In this document: piece after piece, positions 21,970-41,399 of the stretch | Layout of the letters: each line of letters starts with the position of its first letter | Numbering within the stretch: the first letter of the stretch is position 1 | Assembly (NCBI GenBank): GCA_013239625.1 | Contig: MU053504.1 | Coordinates: 1,428,001-1,492,000, forward strand | Length of the DNA: 64,000 nt | DNA from: Lama guanicoe | Taxonomy: Eukaryota | Reading direction: 5' to 3' | The notes under the pieces: generated by a model | Told to the model about the DNA's origin: nothing | What the model saw: only the letters and a program-made list of their open reading frames with translations | The model's database searches: none | Position numbers and translations under genes: made by a program

Positions 21970-23332
21970 TTTTTCTACATCTTAGTTTTGGTTCCCCTAG
22001 AAGCACAACCTGAGACAAGTTCCCTGCTGGAGAACTCCGGAAGAAAGTATAGAACACACCTCAGATTTTTCCCACCCAAGGGGCAAAGGATCTAGGTTAT
22101 TGATCCTGGTGGTCAGAGGCTTCTGGGGCAGTGGGAGGGGAGCACTGCCTTCCTGCGCTTGCAGTTGGCCTCATGGGTGGTAAAACAGGTCCCAGAAGCT
22201 GGAGAAAGTTCTCAGGCAAAGAGATGCGGTGCTGGCAGAGCCAGACAGGTGTACACTGAAGAGGTAAAGATGAGGGGTCTGGATGGAGCACAGCAGTGTC
22301 TGCACTGGAGGTGGCCCCTGGCAGTCAGCCTGTGGGAGAGAAAGTGGTTTCTCCTAGTTAAAGTAAGTTGAAGACGGGCATAAATTTTTCATTATCTGCA
22401 GGTCCCACCTCTCCTGGGACCAGGTGACAGAAAGTCTGCCCAGACTGTTTCCAATTGAGGTACCAAGATGCCAGGTGACAAAGGGACCCTCTCAGCATCA
22501 ACCCCCACCCCAGGCTTTTTTGCTTCAGAGCCAATGGGGATGGGAGTGAGATGGGGGTCAGAGGCTTGGTTGCTTGCCCACTAAGAGAGAGCAACCCCAG
22601 GAGAACCTCTGCTTCCCTCCTACATGTGTTTCCCAGCAGAAGCAGGCTGCCGTGCTCTGCGTCCTCGAATATCTTCTGGGGCTGCACCTGGCTCAGACAG
22701 AACCCCCTGGGGATAGGTCACTGACTCAGGGGAAGCACGCAGCCGCGCTGACCAGCCCTACTGCTGACTGTTCTACAAAGCATCCTCTGTCTTTCCAGCC
22801 CTGCCCATATTGGCGTGACCCTTAGATTCTTCCAAAAAGAAAAATCTCCTAGAAAGATGGAAACTGCCATATACTGGGGAAAGGATGGTCTTCTCAATAA
22901 ATGGCATTGGGCCAACTGGATATTCCTACAGAAAAATTAAACTTGACCTCTACCGCACACCATGCACAAGGAATCAACACAGTGTTGAATAGAAGTAGTG
23001 TTAATGGACAATCCTGATCTTAGAAAGTAAACCTTTTTTTTTTTAAGTTAACTTTTAACATTAAGTATCATGTTCGGTTTCAGAGATACCCTATTCCTAA
23101 TTTTCTTTTAAAAAAATTAATGAATTATGAATAGAAGCCACATTTTATGAAATGCTTCTGTGTGCATACGTTGAGAAAATCATACTTTCTCCATTATTTT
23201 GTTAATGTGCTGAATTGCATTCATTGCATGTCTAATGTTAAACTATTGCATTAGCTGTCTAATTGTATGTTTAACAGTAAACGCACATATATCCTTTACC
23301 CTGGGTATACCATTTGTTAACATGTGGCTCCA

Positions 23333-23333
23333 T

Positions 23334-23364
<31 letters not shown>

Positions 23365-23401
23365 GTCTCTCTCTCTCTATTTCTTTCTCTTTTCTTTCTT
23401 T
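23333..23401. repeat. (CT)n microsatellite / pyrimidine tract
   Basis: Directly visible in the sequence. Confidence 0.9.
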
Positions 23402-24901
23402 GTACTCTTCTCCTAGAAGACACCCATTGGCCCTCACTCCCCACTTCTCTTCAAGAAGCTAGGTTTCTGGGAAACAAAATGCAGAGACCTGCAGACCACT
23501 TCAGTACTTCACTGTCATGTTACTTTTTGCTACCTTTGGGACTGGGGGAGGGAAAAACACAAGAAAAAAAACAAATCAATCCCTCACTAAGTCATTCTAC
23601 CTAGCCTGTCTCTCCTCAGCTGAACTCTCAGCTCTGGGTCTCTGCTTTTGGAGTTCCAGAAAGGCACGAGTGGAGGAACCGCTGCCTCCACTCACTTCCC
23701 AAAGGGGAAGGTGTCCAAGCCTCTCCTCCCCGAGCGCCTTGCCAGGGAGATGGGGTGGGGGCAGGTTCTGGGTTTAGAGCTGCAGGGATTGCCAAGGGGA
23801 AGGGGGGGCCTTCTGAGTACACAGACACCCCCCTCCACTGGAGACAGAATGGAAGGAGCTTCGTGACTCTAAAGATGGAGAAGAGGCTTCTCAGCAGGGC
23901 AATATCAGAAACAGGACCGTTTTTGCACACTCTTTTTGACTGCTTTATTCCTTGAGAGAGAAAGAGCCAAGTGTTTAAAAGGGGAAGGAAAACACCGTCC
24001 AGGAGCAGGTCTGTTGTTCCCTGGCGCCCAGCATCCTGGCCTCCTGATTCTCCAGAGTCTTTCCTTCCTGTTCCCTGCCAGCCTGGGAGTGAACGCTGCT
24101 CCTGAGGCACACTTGGCTGTGCAGAGGGCCCCTCGGGCTGGGCTGCCAGGGCTCCCAGGCACGGTGTGGATTCCTCCCCATGGCCGTGTTGTTAGGGGCC
24201 ATTTGTCTGTCCATTTGGCACCAAGGCCAAGGGCCATGCTGTAGTGGGCAGCCGTCCAGTGAGTCCAGTTCCTGAAGGCCTGCCTCGGGGTGGAGGGGAG
24301 GGCAGGAAAGCCCTCTGGCCTGGGTCCCTTTCCCTGTCCCTGTCGCCTCTCTCTGAGCCGCGCTCACCCGGGAGCCTAACCCCTCTCCGCACATCCACCC
24401 GCTAGCTCAGGGCCTGAGTCCACCTTCAGGTGGGTGGAGGAGGCTCTGGCCACTTTGGGGCTGGCACTGATTCAAGCAGAGCCAGCTTTGGCTTCTGTGG
24501 TGAAAGCGGGTTTGTCTGGGCTGTTCCCCAGCCCTTCCTGGAGCGGGGCCTAGAGGGCCACCTCCCAAGACAAACTGTGGCTGCCAGTGGAATGTGGTCC
24601 AGGGGCTGCTCAGCCAGCCTGTCAGAGGAGCCTCTGCCGGTTCTGCAACGTGGAGCCATCAAGGGTCCCCAGGGTCAGGTCAGGCCAGGCCAGAAGCAGG
24701 TACCAAGAGGCAGGTACCAAGAGGCTACCAGGCATCTCTCTGCCCTTTTTTGAGTGAGGTGGGGGCATCCCCTCTCTTGGTCTCACCTAAAAACCAAAAA
24801 CCTATAATCAAGCTTTCAGGTTGACAGAATTCTTCCAAATCCGCTTCCTTCGGGGGAGCAGCTCAGTAGCAGCAGGTGGGCGATGAGGGGTTGCAGGGAG
24901 C

Positions 24902-24962
24902 TGTGTGCGCGTGCGTGCGTGCGTGTGTGTGTGTGTGTGTGTGTGTGCCTGTGTGTGTATGT
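24902..24962. repeat. (GCGT)n(GT)n microsatellite
   Basis: Directly visible in the sequence. Confidence 0.9.
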
Positions 24963-26299
24963 GGATGGGGGCTGCCAGGACAAGATGAAGGACAGCAGCA
25001 AGGCCTCTCCTTCCCTCATCTCAGCCCAGGATAAGGAGGTAACATTGCCATTAGATCCATAGCTTATGCAGCACTTGCCATCAGCCATTCCCTCAGGCGG
25101 GTTCCCTGGAAGCAGAGCCTGGAGTGGTGGTCGGGTGCACGTGAAAGTGCTCCCTGGAAGAAGAGGGCCGAGGGGGACAGACTAGGGCAGCGGGAAGAGC
25201 TGAGTAAGAATTGTGGTGTCAGTGGAGTCTAACATCACGCCACAGGGAGCCCTGGAGCATGAAGGGCATGACAGTTGGACCCTCTTTGTGGCAAGGAGAT
25301 GGCTCTAATACCCCGTGCCAGTCAGTCATCGGCTGCAGGCTGCCAGAGCCGGGGAGAGCATGGAACCCCTGGTCCAGCAGCTCCCCCTTGGCCAAGAGCA
25401 ATCCTTGAGGGCAGGGTAGCAGTGAACATTCCCAGAGTTAGGGGATGGGTGCAGTGTGGGCGAGGAGGATCTGGTGAGACACTAAGGGCCTCCACTCCAC
25501 CCATCTATCTAGTGTTTCCACGAGCAAGGGCCAGGCCTTTCTTCACGGCACCAGGGCTATTTGGGTGGTAAGGACCCCACCTTCTGTTTCAAGCAAGGGT
25601 TATAAGCAGTGTCCTGAGCTGCTGACAAACAAAGGACAGGGGTCTACCAGGGAGATCAGCTGAAGCTGTGCGGAGCTCTGTACCAGAGGTGGACACATAG
25701 CCAGTGGGGCAGCTGACTCAGTGGTGGTCCCTCATTGGGAGGGCGAAGGGTGGGGTCTACGTCGGCTCTGCTGATGTGAAGCTCCCTATTCGTTGCCACA
25801 GATGTCTCCAAAAGCTGACCCACCCTCTTGTGCCTGTCCTTGTCCCCCTCCCAATTCGGGCCCCATTTCCCTTGTCCTCTACCTCCCAAGTCAGGGGACC
25901 ATCAGCTGGTCCCCTAGGAAAGGAGAGATGGCAGTCTTGCTGTCCATCTAGTCTCTTTCCAAGGTGTCACCTTGGCATCACCTCCTGTTTTCCTCAGGTC
26001 CTCCCTTCTTACACAGAAGAGCCAATTCCTCAAACAAAACAAAGACTACTGAGCCTGCTCTGTTCTCCCTCTGAGCTGCTGGATAGCGCGCTCAGTTCTC
26101 CCGTGGGCGATGTAGACACTACTGATCTGCTGGGGGAAGATCACAGAAATGAGAAAAGAGAGGAGGAGGGAAGTCCAAAGGGATGCAGGACAGCGCCCCG
26201 AAGGTAAAGACAGCAGTGGGCTCCACAGCAGGAGCCTGGGAAGGGGGCACTCACTCCCCAGGAAAGCCAGCTAGAGGGAGCCTTAGGCAAAAATGAAAG

Positions 26300-29200
26300 A
26301 TGTGTGGAAAGTGCTTTATGCACCAAAAACAAACAAAACAAGCAAAAGAGCAGGAGAGACCCCCACATGGGAGGAGATGGACTAGATATACCTTCCCCTC
26401 TCCTTTCTGCTGAGTACAACTTAAAACCCTGGACATACATGAAACAAATTGTAAAAGGTCTCCGAACGGTGCAGACAAGGAGGCAGATTATCTGGGGACC
26501 TCAGTATCTCAGGAAAGACACTACGGTGAGTTCTGTGGGTTTTCTTTTCACCTCATGTATCCCAGGTTCGGAAATGAAGCTGGCAAACTCAGAAATGCCA
26601 ATGGGTACAAAGAACATCAAAAGCCCCAACAAAATCCTGCTGTCTCTCTAGTCAAGAGACCAAGAAAGGAGCAAACTGGTAAGAAAGAAAATTTTAGACA
26701 AAAATGTTTCTATTCCAGCCAAAGCCCTGAGAAGAAACTGTAGCCCCACCTACACACGCACCAGCAAACACCCAATGGGGAGCATCGGTTTCCACCCTGC
26801 CCAGGCTGCAAGGAGGTACCCCAACACCCTCACCAGCATTGTGTCAGAGAAGACCAAGTAAAGGGCCAAAATTTTCATCCCCACTGGCCGGGTATGAGGC
26901 CTCCCCACAGCCCCACTCTCATGTTCTCACAAGCTCCTCAGGGAAAACTGTGTGAAGGGCCCAGGCTCCACCCCACTCAGCAGTGACAAAGGGCCTCTCA
27001 CCCTCCCTGCTGGGATGGTGTCACAGGAAGCCTAATGGAGAATTAGGACTTTAACCATGGTCCAGAGGTCAGAAGGCTATCTCCAACCCATGGTGTCAGT
27101 GGAGATCACACTTGGAGCCAGACCTCCCACCTCTGCCCATCAGTGAAAAGGAACACTGCCCCCCAGGTATCAACAATGGTCAAGTGAGAAACTTAGACTT
27201 TCTACCTCCACCTGGCAGCCCCCCGCCTTGCCCTGGCAGACGGGTAGCAGAAGAAGCCAGTTAAAACATAAAATTTAAATAAGATCTAGAGTCTCATAGC
27301 ACAGTGCAAAAATGTCCACGTTTCAAACAAAACCATTCATTGAACCAAGAACAGGAAGATCGTAAAATGAACAGGAAAAGACCACCCACAGATGCCACAT
27401 CAAGATGGCAGGGATAGTAGACTTCTCTGACAAAGATAAAACAATCATGATAAAAATGCTTCTGCAAATGATTACAAATACACTTAAATTAAAAATTGCA
27501 AAGAAATAGAAAATACCTGTGAAGAAATAAAGCACATGAAGAAAAGAGACAAATTGAAATATTATCATTGAAAATTACAATAACTTGAAACAACGAGCTC
27601 CGTGGATGGGCTCAACAACAGAACGGGGGACGCGGGAGGAGAGCATTAGTGGACAGAGGACAAAGTAATGGAAAGGACCAAATCTGAACAGAAAGCAAAC
27701 AGACTGAAAAGATAAACAAGAAGCCCCTCAGAGACCTGTGGAGCTATGACAAAAGAGCTAACATCAGTTAATGTCACCGGAGCCCCAGAAGGAAAGGAGG
27801 AAGAAGGTAGGACTGAAAAGCACTTGAAAAAAATAGCTGAAGAATGTTCACTCCTCACTCAGGTCTTAAAGTCTCCAACTGCTGAAAAAGACCTTGTTTG
27901 AAATTGAATTAGTAACCTAACTCCATATATTTGTGTTTCTTATAAAGTTGTGATTAAAAGAACATCTGTAACTTCCAAGTTCCAAGAAGCCTGAGGAATT
28001 GGGTCACTATATTGGATGTGCTCCTGCAATCCTTCCTAGACGCAGTGTTTGGTAAGCCATAGTTTGACATTAAATTTTGAGTCTGTGGACTTGATTTTTT
28101 TTAAGATGTATCATAAAGCTACAGTAATCCAGACAGTGTGGTATTAGTAAAAGAAGACATGGGTACTAATGCAATAGACTAAAAATTCCAAAAACAGACC
28201 CACAAAAATATGGTCGACAGATTTTTAACAAAGGCATAAAGGCATTGCAATGCAGAAAGAACAGTCTTTTCAACAAAAAGTGCAGTAAAAACTGGACCTC
28301 TATTTGCAAAATAACAAACCTCAGCTTACATCTTACATACATAAAAATTAACTCAAAGAGATTATGAATCTAAAGGTAATGTGTAAAACTATAAAAATCT
28401 CAGAAGAATGGATAAAGATGTGGTGTTAAACACAGGAATACTGCTCAATAATAAAAAATGAAATAATGCCATTTGCAGCAATGTGAAAGGACCTAGAAAT
28501 TATCATACTAAGTGAACTAAGTCAGAAAGAGAAAGACAAATACCATATATCACTTATATGTGGAATCTAAAACATGATACAAATGAAATTATTTACAAAA
28601 TAAAAACAGACTCACAGACACAGAAAACAAATTGATGGTTACCAGAGGGGAAATGGGGTGGGGGAGGGATAAATTAAGAGTTCGGGAGTTACTATATATA
28701 AAATGGATAAACAACAAGGTCCTACTGTACAGCACAGGGAACTATATTCTATATTCTGTAATAAAACCATAATGGAAAAGAATATGAAAAAGAATATATA
28801 TATAACTGAATCACTTTGCTGTACACCCAAAACTAACACAGCATTATAAATCAGCTATAATTCAATAAAAACTTTTTAAAAAACTCTCAGAAGAAAATAT
28901 AGGAAAAAACCTTCATGATTTTTGGTTAGTCAAAGAATTACCAGATAGGGCACAAAAAAATACCATCTATAAAAGAAAAAATTGATAAACCAAATTTATC
29001 AAAATTTAAAACTTCTCTGCAAAGAACTCTAGCGAGAGAATAAAGCGACAAGCAAGAGACTGGGAGAAGATATTTGCAAATCACATATCAGACAAAGGAC
29101 TTATATCCTACTCTCAACATTCAAAAATAAGAAAACAAACTACCCAAGTTTTTAAATAGACAAAAGAACCCTTTGTGGTCCCTATACAGGATGAACTGCT

Positions 29201-29520
29201 GCTTTCTTACTGCTTTTAAGATTCTCTTTTTGTCTTTGGTTTTTTGACAGTTTGATAATATGTCTAGATGTAGATCTCTTTAGGTTTATCCTCCTGAGAG
29301 TCCATTGAGCTAAAGCAAAAATTGAGGAACAGAAAAGTAATCGGTGGTTGCCTAGAGTTGGGATGGGAGGAGAGTCCAAATGTAAGGGACAGCACAAGGG
29401 AATTATTTATGTCTGTGTCTATGGTGGTGGTTCTAAGAATCTGTATATGTGACTCATTGAAGTATACATTTAAAAAGTGGGTTTTATTACATGTAATATT
29501 TTAATAAATGAAAACAAGTA
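26300..29520 (+). mobile_element. Fragmented old L1M element(s): 5'/ORF1-like and ORF2 3' remnants
   Basis: A-rich degenerate L1 text, e.g. taaagctacagtaatccagacagtgtggtatt, gactgggagaagatatttgcaaatcacatatcagacaaagga. Includes a short inverted piece near 29165-29310. No intact ORF; boundaries approximate. Confidence 0.6.
28409..28884 (+). mobile_element. 5'-truncated L1 (end of ORF2 and 3' UTR) nested in an older L1
   Basis: L1 3' text (aatgccatttgcagca, aagacaaatacc, cacttatatgtggaatctaaa, tacagcacagggaactatatt), AATAAA with an A-rich tail, and direct repeats TCTCAGAAGAA at 28398-28408 and 28885-28895. Confidence 0.8.
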
Positions 29521-30278
29521 CTTTTTAAGTTTATAAAATGTTCACACAAAGTTTAACGTATATTTCTAAGTGAACACCAAAGGATTCCCACCAGATAAAG
29601 GAAATGAATATTGCTAACACTTCAGCAGTGCCCCCTCACCCCCGCCCCCGCCATGTTCACCTCCTGGTCTGTTACTCCATTGCTCCTCCCAGAATCAATC
29701 ACTATCCTAACTTTTATCATAATCATGTCTTTGCTTTTATTATTTTATGTCTCCATAAACAATATGATTCAATTTTCCTTTGTGTTTTGCTTATTTCACT
29801 CAAAATTTTTTTTGGGAATCATCCATGTTGTGTATAGTAGCTGTTTGCTTTCATTCCTGTATATAATTCCACTGCCTAAATGTACCATTTTCCATTCTCC
29901 ATTCTACTCTTGAGGGACTTTTGGGCTGATTCCAGTTTGGGTCTACTACAATTAAAGCTGCTGTGAGCATTCATGTATCTTTTTGTACACGTGCAAGAGT
30001 GTCTCGATGTATATATTGTACACCCATGAATAGGGACACGTGTGCCTGCAGTTTTGCTAGATTAGGTGAAGTGCTCTTCATCTTGTGATATATGTCGGGT
30101 GTAAAGCAAAGGCAAACACCTCTAATGATACATGGCAGGCATAAATAAGGGTTTATTGGAGGAAACTTCTAGGCAAAGAGTTGGGATAAATGCATATAAT
30201 GCCCCAAAGTCCCATTATCCAAAAGATAGCTTGCCAGCCAGGAAGAGCTGATCTCACTGTTTAAAAGCACCAGAATGT

Positions 30279-30394
30279 GGGGAAGGTATAGCTCAAGTGG
30301 TAGAGTGCATGCTTAGCATGCACAAGGTCCTGGGTTCAATCCCCAGTACCTCCATTAAAAAAATAATAAAATAATTGCCCACCTCCCTCGCCAA
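30279..30394 (+). mobile_element. tRNA-Ala-derived SINE (camelid vic-1-like)
   Basis: Sequence GGGGAAGGTATAGCTCAAGTGGTAGAG..., A box 30289-30300, B box GGTTCAATCC 30333-30342, remnant CTTAGCA anticodon loop, AT-rich tail. Confidence 0.8.
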
Positions 30395-32232
30395 GCTCCA
30401 GGAGAGGGACTCCATTCTCATAGCACTTTACCTATTTATGAGGATGGTAGGAGGAACCTGGGGACCCCTTGACAACTATGTAATAGAGGGAGTTTCCGGC
30501 CAGGGAAATGTCTTGCTAGAAGTGGGGAAAATCCAGAGCTTGGAGTTCACATGCCATTTCGGTTATGCTGCACTAGCCCTTTCCAGGCTACCTAAGAGAG
30601 AAGGGAGAGATCACTGGAAACTTCCAGCAGTCAAGCCTGGGTGTGTTCAGTTATATCATTATATAATGTCACTTTGTCTCTGGTAATTTTCTTTGCCCTG
30701 AAGTCAACTTTGTCTGATATTAAGATAGCCACTCCTGCTTTCCTTTGTTTAATGTTTGCGTGATGCACCTTTTTATTCTTTTACTTTCGAGGTGTCTATA
30801 TCTTTACACTTCAAGTGAATTTACTGTAATATATAGTCTGTCATGTCTTTTAATCTGCTTTGCCAATAAACTGTGCGCTTCTGTGTACTTTTCAGTATAT
30901 GCATTAAACTTCGATGAATCAAAACAATGTTTTTGAAAAGGTGATGCTTGGAGGTGGGGAGAAAAGGAGCAGAGAGATGGGAGATGTGGCACTAAATCCC
31001 TCTTAGTGATCTGAGATTGAAAATGTGAGAGGCAGAGACAGACATCTTGAGAAACAGAGACAATACCACAGCCCAGCGCTAGGCAGCGCTTACACAACAG
31101 GCTTCGTGGATATATTTGTGCCATATTTTGCCTGTTAGTATTTGCCCCATTCCTGCTCTTGCAAGCTCTCCTCCAAACTGCAGGGGGCTTAGGAACCTGG
31201 AAACTACATTTTGTGGGCTTCTTTGCAAACTAGGTTACGGTTAGATTTTTGCCAGTGGACTTCATATGTTGGAGTTTAGAAAGTGAAAGGAAAGGAAAAA
31301 TTATTCTACTTCTGACTCTAGCCATGGCAGGTGACCACAAGTAATCACTGCTGGCCTAGGTGGCCACAGGTGACGGTGATGGTGGGCCCCAGCATCAGAA
31401 TCAGCAGGGACAAGCTTATCAACACCAGACCAAGGGTGTTCTCAGCTTCCTGATTTCTAAGTTAAAAACTCCTCCATTTTTCTCACCCAGCTCTTCCAAC
31501 ATCTTTATATCCAATATCCAGCATTAAATTTCCCTCTGCTTGAAATACCTAAAGCAGGTTGTTCTCTTGGCAAGATATTGACACAGATCTTACCCTGCGG
31601 TCTGAAACACACTAATCAAATCCTGCCATTTGCCAACACTCTCCAAAAATGGCAGTGAAGCAAATTCAAATGCTTTCATCTGTTCTCTTTGGTTCTCTCC
31701 TTCATGGGCCTGTCCTTGGCCTCCCTTCCATCTAAACTCCAAGAACCATCACCTCCATCGCATCCTGACAGTTGAGTCCCCGTTGGTCTGCGGTGCTGTA
31801 TTCCCCTCCCCTGTGTGCAACTCCCCGTCTAGGATCCCACAGCAGGCAGCCTCCGCCCTGGCACGCCTCACACTATACTTAACAGTCCCAGCTCTTGACT
31901 GCGAGCCCCAGGAGGTTGGATGAGCACCGTTTATCCTCGGCTCTTTACATGCTTGGCCCTGAGCAGGTGCTTACAGAACGTTTAACGGTACCACCAGCAG
32001 TGGCGTCTGCTGCAGAAGTTAAGGAGCTGATGAGACGAGTGCCTCTGCCAAGCCCTCGTTCAGTAAGAACCCAGGTGGGATCTGCTTTCTACACTTTTTC
32101 CAGAAGTCAGCTAATGAGAGGATGCAAGCATGTGCAGAATAGGACCCAGGAGGAGGGGATGTCAAGGCCTGGCCCAGGGGGAGGACCTGGGACACAGACA
32201 CCATGGGAAGATTGGCTGAGGTACCACGCAGC

Positions 32233-32238
32233 TTTAAT
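32233..32238 (-). terminator. Candidate polyadenylation signal (ATTAAA) of CPXM1
   Basis: TTTAAT on the plus strand, about 125 nt downstream of the CPXM1 stop codon. Confidence 0.6.
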
Positions 32239-32363
32239 GAGCCCAAGCGCCTCTTCCCCCACTTCGTCCCTCCCCCCACCCCCGCCCCACCCTCGGCATC
32301 TCCTCCTTCAGTTCTGGACAGGACCAGCCTGCCCAAGGCTCTGGGGCTTTTCAGCTGGAGGTG

Positions 32364-38423
<6,060 letters not shown>

Positions 38424-40224
38424 GGCGGGGTTCAAGGTGGGGACGCGTGAAACCCTCGGCCGCTGGTGGGTTTACCTCTTCCTGCCGGGGCTCCGGAGCC
38501 CCCCGCCCCTTCCTGCCGCCGCCGCACGCCCCCTGCGGCCTCCGGCCCGCCCACAGCCCGCTCGCTGGCCTCGGACCCGGGAGGGGTGCCGAGGAGAGGG
38601 GAGGGGAGCGAGGGAGGGGAGGAGTGGGGAAGGGAGGGAAGGGGAGGGGAAAGGAGGGGGGAGAGGGGAAGAGAAGGGAAGGGAGGAAGGGACACGGGAG
38701 AGGATGGGGAGGGGAACGAAGGGGTCGGCTGCCCAAGGTCTCTGCACCCACCGACCCCACCCCTCCCTCTTCGGTCCCCGAGCTCACCCGCTTCGCTCGA
38801 GTGCTGCCCCTTACAATCGGCAAAGCCCCTCGGAGCCCTCGATTCCCCGCAATCCTGTGAGGCTCCCGTCCCACAGTGGGCACCCACTGTGTACCATGCA
38901 CGATGCCAGCTGCTTTACACGTGGCCTCTCAAACCTCATATTACAAACTGGGAAACTGAGGCTCCAAGCGGCTGACCTAGCCGCGGCAGCGAAGCTTAGA
39001 ACTTTGGGGAGGAAACTACAACTCGAGAGAAATCTATCCAGAGCCAGAGCCCCCTGCCGGGACGGGTGTGATAGACAGAAGAGTGAGGGGAAACTGAGGT
39101 GGCGGCTGGGGTACGGGTTGGGGAGGGCTGCCCTCCAGGAAGCCTTCGGAAGGACACCCAAGGGGCCCAAGCAGAGGCTGGGCTTCCCCCCTCTCCCCCG
39201 CCTCTCCTCTCTTTTCCTTTCCCTCCCCCCCCCCCCCCCACCGGGGGTGGAGGGGCGAGGCTTGGTGTGCGTCCTGCCCTCCAGAGCCTCACTCTCCTCC
39301 GGGAGCCAGCAGTTGTGGGTCTCTGTCTTCGGGACTAGCCCCCGATCCCCAGATTCCTGAGCGCAGGACCCTCCCCATCCCCCTCCGAGGTCCCCTTTGG
39401 CTTCCACACGCTAGGGTCACCTCCCAAAAGGAAGGAATTCGTCCATTGTGCGCCTCTGGCTGGTGCTTTGCCCTTGCGAGGAGCCCGCCAGGGAGACACT
39501 GCCATCCCCATGTAAGAAGCGATGAGCAGAGATGGCCAAGAATCCTCTGGAGTGCGCAGGGCCTCTGAACAAATGTTTTTTGCAAGGCCAGTATCCATAT
39601 GAACAATTTGAATTACCCCAAATCAGCGTGTCAGCACCGTTCTGGCGGCCTAATCTCGCTAGATCTCTCGAAAGAAATATGCGCTCTGGGAGTTAAGACC
39701 CGCCTCCAGTAAGAACGAGCCTCACAAACGCGAGTCCGGGAGCTCCGCCAGGCATCTGGTCCACCTCATGCTCTCGGGGAGGAGAATCCCCGAAAGCGAG
39801 TAACCGGAACAGGACGCCCGTAGGTCATGCTCCCGCCTTGGAGCGCCCCTCCTGGACGGCACTGCCAGGTCCCAGGCACCAGAGGGGGATCTAGAAAAAC
39901 TCAAGGAGGGCGCCCTGACGCTGAAGGGCTGGGTCAGCGGCAGAAAGCCGGCCCGGCGGCCCCAGGCTTCACGGAAGTGGGAGGCCAGGAGAGGCTCCGG
40001 CGGAGCTAGAAGCGGGTCTATACAGGTCCTGAGGGCTGCTCTACTTCCTGTCAAAACCCAGTCTATCCACTTCCCTGGCTCGGATCCCATCCTCATCCAA
40101 GTTTCACAGAGGGGTGCGAGTGGGTCGAGGATGAACCCGACTAGGACATCTCAGCCTCCTGAGGCTTCCATGCCCTCCAAGCCTTTCCCCTACTCGCCAC
40201 AGCAACCAAATCGTGTCAAGCTCC

Positions 40225-40720
40225 TCCTGACTTATATCCGAGGGGGCTCACCTGCAAGGTGGTTCCTGACAAGGTTCTTCTCCACCCACAACCTTGCCCA
40301 TCTCATCACCCTGTCTTCTCCCGCTGGCTCATATCCCTCCAGCCACACAGGCATTCTAGCTATTCCTCCCATGCACCAGCCCCATCCAGCCTCAGGGCCT
40401 TTGCACTGGTTCACCACGTTTGCATCCTCATCACTCTGATCACCTTTCAGGGTCACCTGCTTCCCTGACCGACCATTCTGACAAAAGTAAGCTCTGTCCT
40501 CCATACATACTCTTATCCTCTCATTCTGTTTTATTATTGTCTTCAAGACACTCAACACTATCTGAGATTATCTTGTTTTATTTGTTGTATGTTTACTGTC
40601 TGGTCCCCACCCCCATCTAGCAGGAGATAAGCAACCCCAGAAGAGCCTTTTGTACCCAAAATGTTCACAACTGTACCTCAGAACTTAGAACAGTGCCTGG
40701 TCTCCAGTCAGTGCTCAAAA
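40225..40720. mobile_element. L2 3' fragment
   Basis: Text ctccagccacac...cagcctcagggcctttgcact...tttactgtctg...ttagaacagtgcctgg; boundaries approximate. Confidence 0.5.
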
Positions 40721-41399
40721 GTATGTATATAATATATTCAAGTTTAGAGGGGACCAAGCAGGGCTGGAGGGAAGCTGACCTCCGCAACAATGCCAGGTTT
40801 TGCAGGAGTAGAGATGGCAGGCCATTAATTGGGACACCTGCCCCCAAAGGGACTGGTGGGAGGGGGCACGCTTGCCATCTCCTGCTGATCCGTAGGGGCT
40901 CGGGTCTGCAGAATGCTCATACCTCTTGTGTCCCCTGCACCCCTTCATCCCTCTCCTCACCCCTCTGTACCCCTTGCCTCTCTGCCCTATTGCCACCTTC
41001 AGGGTCCCTTTGTGCCCTCTGTGGCCTTGAGCCCCTCAGCACCTTCATAACTTCCTCATCCATTCTGTGCTCCCTGCCCAGCTGCTGCCTTTAGCCCTTG
41101 CTACTTGGTTACCTGGAGCTGTAAAGGTGCCAAGCCTGGAAGTAGGGTCTGAAGGTGGCAGCTCCCAGGGTGCAAGTTGCACAGCCAGATCTCTAGCCCC
41201 AGGACCCAGGTGGAGCATTTCTCGTGACCTCACAAGAGCAAGGATATGGTGCAAAGCACAGCAGAGCAGGGCTCAGAAGACTGGATGGAGACACTTGCCC
41301 CAAAGGGATTTGGCTTAAGAGATGGTCTGGGACTCTACTGTCAGCTTCCCAGCATGGTCAGGTGGCTGGAGGTGGAGACGATAGATGACTCTGGTGCCA

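Noticed and set aside
30279..30355. Possible tRNA-Ala gene
   Set aside because: Imperfect cloverleaf, an AT-rich tail instead of a T-run terminator, and two further diverged copies in the window indicate a SINE.
39629..39650. REST/NRSF site candidate (TCAGCACC...)
   Set aside because: Only the left half-site matches; the GGACAG half is missing.
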